Positions 57,048 to 64,000 of a stretch of 64,000 nucleotides of DNA are shown here, piece after piece. This DNA comes from an uncultured delta proteobacterium (GTDB taxonomy: Bacteria > Desulfobacterota > DSM-4660 > Desulfatiglandales > HGW-15): NCBI GenBank assembly GCA_963702565.1, contig CAVPDE010000029.1, forward strand, positions 1,439-65,438, written 5' to 3'. The notes beneath the pieces were generated by a model, which saw only the letters and a program-made list of their open reading frames with translations, did not search any database and was not told the origin of the DNA. Both the position numbers and the translations under genes were made by a program. The number at the start of each line of letters is the position of its first letter. Positions within the stretch are counted from its first letter, which is position 1.

Positions 57048-57806
57048 ATGTTGATGCGAGCAGAAAACCTGTGCAAGAGATTTGGGGGTGACTTCCTTGC
57101 AATTGACAGGGTGAGCACCCAATTCGACAAGGGGGTTTTGACTTCGATCATTGGCCCCAACGGTGCAGGAAAAACCACTTTGATCAATCTGCTAAGCGGT
57201 AGCTTAAGTCCTGATCTTGGGAAAATCTATTTCAATGGCGAGTCCATCGAACAGTTGCCGATAGAGAAAAGGGTCAAGAAAGGGGTCTGCCGCTCCTTTC
57301 AGATTACCAATATTTTTCCTGATCTCGCCCTCTTTCAAAATATACAGATTCCGTTGATCTATTACCACAGAAGGAATCTGCAGATCTTTCCGAGACTCGA
57401 TAGGGATGAGGCAATCAACGAGGAGACTTTGCAGATCCTTGAAGAGATCGGGTTGATAGAGAAAAAGGACCTCAAGGCTTCGTTTCTTTCCCATGGCGAA
57501 CAACGGCAATTGGAAATCGGGATCGCCCTGGCCACCCATCCTCAGATTCTTTTTTTGGATGAACCGACGCAAGGCATGAACAAGATTGAAAAAGCAAGCA
57601 TCATGCAGAATGTCGTCAGGTTCGCCAACGAAGGGAGGGCGACCTTTGTCATTGTCGAACATGACATGGATGTCGTCTTTTCAGTCTCCACGCGAATTAT
57701 TGTGCTCCACGGGGGAAGAATCATCGCAGATGGAACGCCGGAGGAGATTCGGAATGACTCCCTTGTTCGCAAGGTCTACCTAGGAGAGGACTTATGGACA
57801 TCCTGA
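57048..57806 (+). CDS. ABC ATPase, LivG-like
   Basis: GPNGAGKTT, LSHGE, LDEP, EHDM. Confidence 0.93.
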   Translation: MLMRAENLCKRFGGDFLAIDRVSTQFDKGVLTSIIGPNGAGKTTLINLLSGSLSPDLGKIYFNGESIEQLPIEKRVKKGVCRSFQITNIFPDLALFQNIQIPLIYYHRRNLQIFPRLDRDEAINEETLQILEEIGLIEKKDLKASFLSHGEQRQLEIGIALATHPQILFLDEPTQGMNKIEKASIMQNVVRFANEGRATFVIVEHDMDVVFSVSTRIIVLHGGRIIADGTPEEIRNDSLVRKVYLGEDLWTS

Positions 57807-58504
57807 AAATCGACCAGGTGAACACCTTCTACGGAGTGAGTCATATCCTTTTCGACATCTGCGTGAATGTCAGCCAAGGTTCGATCACGGGGCTTCTGGG
57901 AAGAAATGGTGCAGGCAAGACCACAACCCTGCGAACCATCATGGGGATTGTCCCCGCAACGGCGGGGACAATCTCCTTCAAGGGAGACGAGATCAGGGGC
58001 CTGAAGTCGCACAAAGTAGCAACAAAAGGTATCGCCTATGTTCCCGACGACAGGCAAATATTCGCTCCTCTCACGGTCTATGAGAACTTGATCATCGGAA
58101 TTCCAAAATGCAGGGAAAACAAACCGCTTCGTTGGACCCTTGAGAGAATGTACGAATTGTTTCCGGTCTTGAAAAGAATGGCCTCCAAGAAAGGGACTCA
58201 AATCAGCGGTGGCGAGCAAAAGATGCTTGCCATAGGTCGAGCTCTCATGTGTGACCCTGACCTCCTTTTGCTCGACGAACCTACGGAGGGACTGGCCCCT
58301 CTCATCGTGGTTTCTCTTGCAGAAAGCATTCAAAAGATCGGGCATGAGGGTGTGACGATTCTTCTAGCCGACCAGAATGTGAACTTTGCCAGGAGGATCA
58401 TTCACTTCGGCTATATCATAGATAAAGGATACATCGAATTCAGTGCGCCCATGCAGGACATATGGTGCGACAAGGATTTAGTCTGCAGATACTTGGCCGT
58501 ATGA
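57794..58504 (+). CDS. ABC ATPase, LivF-like
   Basis: GRNGAGKTT, ISGGEQ, LDEPTEGLAP. Confidence 0.93.
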   Translation: MDILKIDQVNTFYGVSHILFDICVNVSQGSITGLLGRNGAGKTTTLRTIMGIVPATAGTISFKGDEIRGLKSHKVATKGIAYVPDDRQIFAPLTVYENLIIGIPKCRENKPLRWTLERMYELFPVLKRMASKKGTQISGGEQKMLAIGRALMCDPDLLLLDEPTEGLAPLIVVSLAESIQKIGHEGVTILLADQNVNFARRIIHFGYIIDKGYIEFSAPMQDIWCDKDLVCRYLAV

Positions 58505-58585
58505 GAAATGAGCATTGCGGCCGGACAAAGAAAGGGCCTGTGACACTTCACGTTAAATCATTTAACAAGAAATGGAGGTTCTGCC

Positions 58586-59386
58586 ATGGATTTAGGGATT
58601 AAAGGGAAAGTAGCCTTAGTGACAGGGGGAAGCAAGGGAATCGGCAAAGCCAGTGCACTAGAATTGGCGAGGGAGGGATGCAACGTGGTGATTTCCGCCA
58701 GGACAAAGGCGGATCTGATGCAAGCAGAAAAGGAAATCGCCGCACTAGGCGTCAAGACCCTTGCAGTGGCTGCTGATCTGGAAAAGCCGGAAGATGTCGA
58801 AAAACTTATCTCTTCCGCTTTCCAGAAGTTTGGCCGCATTGATATCCTTTTCAACAATGCAGGATATTCTCACCCGACAACCCCTATCACGACGACTGAC
58901 CAAGAATGGTTCAATCTTATCAACATTCATCTCATGGCCTGTGTCAGGACCTGTCGGTTGGCGGTTCCAAAAATGCTGGAGCAGAAATGGGGGCGCATCA
59001 TAAACATGGCTTCCGTTTGCGGGATAGCTCCAATGAGCGGTCTCACGAATTACAACGCCTGCAAAGCAGCCGTCATCAATTTCACTCAATCTTTAGCCAT
59101 GGAATACTCTAAGGAAGGAATCTGCGCCGTAGCCCTTTGCCCCGGGCTGATTCATACGGACATATGGGATGTGTTCGCGGATAACGTCGGGAAGATGATT
59201 GGAAAAACTGGTCAGCAGGTCCTTGATTCAGCTGCCGCACAGGCCAGTGCTATCAAGCGATTTGCCAGACCTGATGAGGTTGGCAAGGTCGTTGCGTTTC
59301 TGGCGTCGAACTGTGCGAGCTATATCTCTGGTTGCAACATTCAGGTCGATGGGGGAACCTTTGCGGGAATAGAGATCAACTTCTGA
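58586..59386 (+). CDS. SDR oxidoreductase
   Basis: TGGSKGIG, NNAG, YNACK, VDGG. Confidence 0.9.
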   Translation: MDLGIKGKVALVTGGSKGIGKASALELAREGCNVVISARTKADLMQAEKEIAALGVKTLAVAADLEKPEDVEKLISSAFQKFGRIDILFNNAGYSHPTTPITTTDQEWFNLINIHLMACVRTCRLAVPKMLEQKWGRIINMASVCGIAPMSGLTNYNACKAAVINFTQSLAMEYSKEGICAVALCPGLIHTDIWDVFADNVGKMIGKTGQQVLDSAAAQASAIKRFARPDEVGKVVAFLASNCASYISGCNIQVDGGTFAGIEINF

Positions 59387-59477
59387 GAATGTCCTCTCTT
59401 ACTACGGTTTTTCTATTTTGGAGCTTTAGAGTTAGCGAATCCATCTTCTGAGGTGAGGAATGGAGGTAGGGAGGGGT

Positions 59478-60572
59478 ATGGAGACGATTCGATTGAAGAT
59501 CGATGGGAAGGATGTGGGAGCGGAGAGGGGGAGGACGATTCTGGAGGCGGCGAAGCAGGTTGGGATTGAGATTCCGACGCTGTGCCACAAGGAGGAGTTG
59601 AGTCCTTTTGGTGGATGCCGGCTGTGTGTGGTGGAGGTGGAGGGCCGGAGTCAGTTGGTGGGCTCGTGCCACACACCGATTGAGGAGGGGATGGTGATTC
59701 GCACTCGTTCCGCGAAGGTGATGGCGTCGCGGAAGGGGACGATGGAGTTGTTGTTTGCGGGGCATACGGGTCCGTGCGTGACGGATCGGAGGGTAGAGGA
59801 GTGTGAGTTGCATAATTTGGCGGCGGCCATAGAATCGGGGCCTCCGAGGTTTAGGGTGAAGGCGCCGAGGTTTCATCGTCTGGAGGATGTGAGTCTGTAC
59901 GTCTGGCGGGACATGTCGAAGTGTATTTTGTGTGGGAGGTGTGTGCGGGCTTGTCGAGAGATTGCGGGGCAGGAGGTGTACAGCACGGCGTATCGGGGGT
60001 TCAGGAGCAAGGTGGTGGTGGATTTTGATGAACCGCTGAACAAAGAGGTTTGCAAGGATTGTGGGATCTGTGTGGAGTATTGTCCTACCACGGCGTTGCA
60101 GTGGGCGGAACGCCGGGAGGGGATCAGCGGTGAAGGGAAGGGGAAGCCTGCTCCGATGGGCAGATCCAGAGAGAAGCTTCTTGGCATGCTGGAGGGGGAA
60201 CAAAGGAAGAGAGGATTTGTATCCCGGGGTGCCATGGTGGAGATGGGGGGCAAGCTGGGGATGCCTTTGAGTGAGGTTTATGGGGTGGCGACCTTCTATG
60301 CGTTTATCTCGGTAGTGCCTGAGGCCCGAAACGTGATTCGGATATGCAAGAGTCTGCCCTGTTACATGCGGGATGGGCGGATGATCATAGAGAGTATTGA
60401 GAAGGAGCTTGGGATAGGGCCAGGGGGGAGCACTGGGGACGGCAAGTTTTCTTTTGAGCTGACGAACTGTATTGGGGCTTGTGATCAAGCGCCTGCGATG
60501 CTGGTCAACGACGATGTGCATGGGAACCTGACTCCTGAGAGGATTTCTGGGATTCTGAAATCCTACCAATAG
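59478..60572 (+). CDS. NuoG'-NuoE fusion Fe-S protein (copy 2)
   Basis: Same as 47006-48100 except one D/N change near the C-terminus. Confidence 0.9.
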   Translation: METIRLKIDGKDVGAERGRTILEAAKQVGIEIPTLCHKEELSPFGGCRLCVVEVEGRSQLVGSCHTPIEEGMVIRTRSAKVMASRKGTMELLFAGHTGPCVTDRRVEECELHNLAAAIESGPPRFRVKAPRFHRLEDVSLYVWRDMSKCILCGRCVRACREIAGQEVYSTAYRGFRSKVVVDFDEPLNKEVCKDCGICVEYCPTTALQWAERREGISGEGKGKPAPMGRSREKLLGMLEGEQRKRGFVSRGAMVEMGGKLGMPLSEVYGVATFYAFISVVPEARNVIRICKSLPCYMRDGRMIIESIEKELGIGPGGSTGDGKFSFELTNCIGACDQAPAMLVNDDVHGNLTPERISGILKSYQ

Positions 60573-60597
60573 GAGATCTGAGTGGGGAGGATGGATC

Positions 60598-61818
60598 ATG
60601 CCTGAGAGACGGATAGTGTTGAAGAATTGTGGAGCAATCGATCCCGGGGATATTGGCGACTACGTGAAGAAGGATGGGTTCAGGGGTTTATCGAAGGCGC
60701 GGGAGTTGAAGCCCGAGGCGGTGATCGAGGAAGTGAAGAGGTCGGGGTTGAGGGGTCGTGGAGGAGCGGGGTTTCCGTGTGGGGTGAAGTGGGAGTTGGC
60801 GAGGAAGAGTGAAGGGTCGGAGCGGTTTCTGATCTGTAATGCTGATGAAGGGGAGATGGGGACCTTTAAGGACAGATATATTATCGAGAATGATCCTTTC
60901 CTGTTGATGGAGGGAATGGGGATTGCCGCTTATGCGATTGGTGCGAGCAAGGTCTATATCTATCTTCGAGGAGAGTATCGCTATCTTCTGGGGAAACTGA
61001 GGAATGCCCTTGCGCAGGTGAAGGAAAGAGGTCTGCTTGGGGATTTGGAGGTGGAGATCTGTGAAGGGGCTGGGGCGTATGTTTGTGGGGAAGAATCTGC
61101 TTTGATGAACTCGATTGAAGGGAGGCGGGGGGAAGCGAGGTTTAGACCGCCCTACCCGCCCAGTCAGGGGTTATGGGATAAGCCCACGATCATCAACAAT
61201 GTGGAGACGCTATGCAATCTTCCTGGGATCCTGCTCAATGGGGCGCAGTGGTTCAGCGCCATAGGGACGGAGAAGAGCAAGGGGACGAAGATTTTTTCTG
61301 TGAGTGGAGATGTGCAGAGGCCGGGCATTTATGAGTTGGAGATGGGGAGTTCTTTGAAGGAGCTGGTGATGGACTTGGCCGGGGCGAAGGATCTGAAGAT
61401 GGTGCAAGTGGGAGGAGCGACGGGCCGGATACTTCCCCAGTCCATGATGGAGACCAAGCTTTGCTTTGAAGGGGTGCTGGGCTCTGGGGGAGTGGTGGTG
61501 TTTGATCGGAGCAGGGATGTGATTGAGATGGTCTATCACATGGTGGAGTTTCTTGCTGAAGAATCGTGCGGGAAGTGTGCCCCGTGCCGTGAAGGGACAG
61601 AGGTGATGGTGGAGATTCTGGGTCGGCTCAAGAGTGGGGATGGAGTGCAAGAGGACCTGGAGGTGCTGAAGGATTTGGGGGAGGTGATGAGGGGGAGTTC
61701 GTTGTGTGGTCTTGGCCAGGGGACCCCTGTTCCCGTGCAGGACAGCCTGGAGCATTTCAGGGGGGAGTATGAGACGCGTATTGCCCAAGCGCAGTTTATC
61801 CGGAGCGTGAGGGGGTAG
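60598..61818 (+). CDS. NuoF-like FMN/NADH subunit (copy 2, intact)
   Basis: 406 aa with all NuoF motifs; no extra ferredoxin domains. Confidence 0.92.
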   Translation: MPERRIVLKNCGAIDPGDIGDYVKKDGFRGLSKARELKPEAVIEEVKRSGLRGRGGAGFPCGVKWELARKSEGSERFLICNADEGEMGTFKDRYIIENDPFLLMEGMGIAAYAIGASKVYIYLRGEYRYLLGKLRNALAQVKERGLLGDLEVEICEGAGAYVCGEESALMNSIEGRRGEARFRPPYPPSQGLWDKPTIINNVETLCNLPGILLNGAQWFSAIGTEKSKGTKIFSVSGDVQRPGIYELEMGSSLKELVMDLAGAKDLKMVQVGGATGRILPQSMMETKLCFEGVLGSGGVVVFDRSRDVIEMVYHMVEFLAEESCGKCAPCREGTEVMVEILGRLKSGDGVQEDLEVLKDLGEVMRGSSLCGLGQGTPVPVQDSLEHFRGEYETRIAQAQFIRSVRG

Positions 61819-61862
61819 GGGGAGTCGCTTTTCTGATGCTAACGAGAAGGAGGTCGTGAGGG

Positions 61863-62444
61863 ATGGAGAAGTACATATGTCCGTATTGCTCGATGGTGTT
61901 TGCCTCGGTTGAGCAATTGAAAGAGCACGTGGTGACGGGGCATCCATCGGAGCCTCTTCCTGAACCGGAGGGGGTGGTGGCCTTCACGGTGAACGGCCGA
62001 AAGTACAGTCTGAGTGTGGAGCCCCAGTGGACCCTGTACTATGTGATTCACGATATCCTGGGGTTGACGGGGGTGAAGATGTTTTGTGACCGGGGGGCCT
62101 GTGGGTCCTGTACGGTCATCATGGATGGAAGACCCATCCTCTCCTGCATGAAGCTCGCAGTGCACTGCAATGGGGCACAAATCGAAACGGCAGAAGGTGT
62201 CGCTGAGCAGAAACATCCCCTGATCGATGCCTATGTTAAGCATCACTGCATGCAGTGCGGGTATTGCACGCCGGGGTTTGTGACGACGGCGAAGGCCCTT
62301 TTGGACAAGAACCCCGACCCGACCGAGGAGGAAATCCGAGAGTCGCTGGGTGGAAATCTCTGTCGCTGCGGCACTTATCCCCAGCATCCAAAGGCCATTC
62401 TAGAAGCGGCCGGAGAACTGAAGGCGTCAAAGGAGGGCAGATGA
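61863..62444 (+). CDS. Xdh-type 2x[2Fe-2S] subunit with C2H2 finger (copy 2)
   Basis: Same motifs as 49429-49998; C-terminal half more diverged. Confidence 0.92.
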   Translation: MEKYICPYCSMVFASVEQLKEHVVTGHPSEPLPEPEGVVAFTVNGRKYSLSVEPQWTLYYVIHDILGLTGVKMFCDRGACGSCTVIMDGRPILSCMKLAVHCNGAQIETAEGVAEQKHPLIDAYVKHHCMQCGYCTPGFVTTAKALLDKNPDPTEEEIRESLGGNLCRCGTYPQHPKAILEAAGELKASKEGR

Positions 62445-62445
62445 C

Positions 62446-64000
62446 ATGGCCAGTGAAGAAGAAAAAAAAGCCAAGGAGCTTTTAGATAACCTGCGCGCTG
62501 ACAAGTACCCTTTGCCTCGGGAGAGATTTCAATTCATCGGGAACCGGGATGTCCGTCGTTTGGATGGAAGGGAGAAGGCGAGCGGCTTGGCCAATTACAC
62601 CATGGACGTCCAGCTGCCGGGCATGCTGTACATGCGAATGCTGACATGTCCCTTTCCCCATGCAAAGATCCTCTGGTTGGATACATCAAGAGCAGAGGCG
62701 TTACCTGGGGTTCGATGTGTTCTTCGATATGATGACCCCGCCCTGCAGGTCAAGGAGGACTGCGGCGGCCACGGGCTTTCACCGAGGTATCCCTTGTCCG
62801 GGGTCGCGCATTTCCAGGGGGAAGAATGCGGGGTTGCCATTGCCGCGGACAAGGAGGAGATAGCGGAATCCGCTATCAAGCTTATTGAAGCGCAGTGGGA
62901 TGCGAGACCTTACAATTTGGATCCGGAAGAGGCCCTTAAGCCTGGAGCTCCCCTAAGCAATCCTGAGGACTTCCCCGACGGCAACTTGGAGGCTGTCTTT
63001 GAGTCAGGTCGTGGAGATATCGAAAAAGGGTTTGGAGAGGCGGATGAGGTTTTCGAGTTCACATCGCGCCGCATCCAGCACACCTATGTGAGCCCTGAGC
63101 GGCCCTGCGGAGTGTGGCGCTGGAATGGGGATTATCCGGAGATATGGGTAAAACATCAGCGGCCCCATGTCATCAAACGAGCCGTCTCTTCGTGGTTCGG
63201 GGGAATTCCGATGAACCGAATCCAGCTTCACATCCTCCATCAGGGAGCAACCTTTGGAGGATGGACCCAGTTCGGCTGGGGCCTAGGTCCCTATTACTGT
63301 GCCGCGCTCATCGCCAAGCGTACAACCCGGCCAGTGAAGTGGATCTTTACCAGAAGGGAGGATTTCTACGGCGGTTCCATGGATGAGGGTCTTCACCGCT
63401 ACAAGGTGGGGACTCGACGGGATGGGACCATCCTTGCCGTCCGAGCGGAGAGCGTATATTCCAATCCCATGTGGGGTGGACAAGGTCCTGCCCTTCACCT
63501 TGAAGAGTGTACCTCTATCCCTCACATCTATGGAAAGAGGTCGCTCGCCCTTACCAACAAGGGCCCGAATACGGCGGTCCGTTGTGAGCAACTGCCGAAT
63601 ACGCACACCCTCACTCTGATTATGGATCATGTGGCGAACCAGTTGGGTTTGGATCCTACTCAGGTGGCTCTAAAGAACGACGGCGTCCACGGGCACTCCA
63701 TGGCCGAGTCGGTAAAACACAAGGAGGAATTAGGGTTCGAACCGATCGACAGTCTGAAGACCTGCATTGAAAAAGGAAAGAAGGCCATCGATTGGGACAG
63801 GAAATGGCATCCACCAGGCAAGAACAGACTTTCGAACGGCCGGATGCACGGACTGGGATTCACTTGGAATCATGAATGGGAAGACTCCGCAGGATCCGGC
63901 GAAATCGCTTTGAGGGTAGAACGAAACGACGGAACGATCAGCATCCTGGGCATGCGGTGCGACAACGGAGTCAACGCAGAGACCGCCTACTGCCAGATTG
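62446..64000 (+). CDS. Second Xdh-family molybdopterin subunit (runs off window)
   Basis: Manual translation MASEEEKKAKELL...RRLDGREKASG...DVQLPGMLY...AVRCEQLPN...HGLGFTWNHEWED; AAGGAGG RBS. Absent from the ORF track because no stop falls in the window. Confidence 0.9.
   Translation, partial: MASEEEKKAKELLDNLRADKYPLPRERFQFIGNRDVRRLDGREKASGLANYTMDVQLPGMLYMRMLTCPFPHAKILWLDTSRAEALPGVRCVLRYDDPALQVKEDCGGHGLSPRYPLSGVAHFQGEECGVAIAADKEEIAESAIKLIEAQWDARPYNLDPEEALKPGAPLSNPEDFPDGNLEAVFESGRGDIEKGFGEADEVFEFTSRRIQHTYVSPERPCGVWRWNGDYPEIWVKHQRPHVIKRAVSSWFGGIPMNRIQLHILHQGATFGGWTQFGWGLGPYYCAALIAKRTTRPVKWIFTRREDFYGGSMDEGLHRYKVGTRRDGTILAVRAESVYSNPMWGGQGPALHLEECTSIPHIYGKRSLALTNKGPNTAVRCEQLPNTHTLTLIMDHVANQLGLDPTQVALKNDGVHGHSMAESVKHKEELGFEPIDSLKTCIEKGKKAIDWDRKWHPPGKNRLSNGRMHGLGFTWNHEWEDSAGSGEIALRVERNDGTISILGMRCDNGVNAETAYCQI

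Larger units (their letters stand above)
59457..62151 (+). repeat. Duplicated redox module, copy 2
   Basis: Near-identical to 46985-49717. Confidence 0.95.

Noticed and set aside
46985-62151. Duplicated module as a DGR template/variable pair or a composite transposon
   Set aside because: No reverse transcriptase or transposase; differences are not adenine-specific; both copies are full coding regions.

Overview
Anaerobe-type bacterial DNA, most likely Desulfobacterota (deltaproteobacterial); the taxonomy is inferred from gene content. It carries scattered 1-bp indels typical of a long-read or low-coverage consensus. (1) 1-4.3 kb: the amtB 5' end with a sigma54 promoter, a frameshifted LRR-Roc-COR-TIR gene, and the 3' half of an IS4-family element that abuts a truncated phosphotransferase gene at an abrupt junction near 4305. 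(2) 4.3-41.8 kb: mostly central metabolism. It holds a 2-oxoacid dehydrogenase E1a/E1b/E2/E3 operon with a divergent acyl-CoA dehydrogenase, an exported MBL-rhodanese plus split YeeE/YedE sulfur module, mdh, an nqrBCDEF-like operon lacking nqrA, a GltD/NfnB-like flavoprotein with korAB, aconitase, citrate synthase, fumC, a YeiH-family transporter and a radical SAM protein. Many intergenic gaps here carry short (7-9 bp) tandem-repeat arms, often as inverted pairs, plus REP/MITE-like elements. (3) 42.2-64 kb: an IclR-controlled catabolic cluster with a four-subunit 2-oxoacid:ferredoxin oxidoreductase, two SDRs, a LIV-type ABC transporter and two xanthine-dehydrogenase-family Mo enzymes. Each Mo enzyme follows a near-identical, very G-rich ~2.7 kb module (NuoG'-NuoE fusion, NuoF, C2H2-finger 2Fe-2S). 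No rRNA, tRNA or CRISPR array was recognised.
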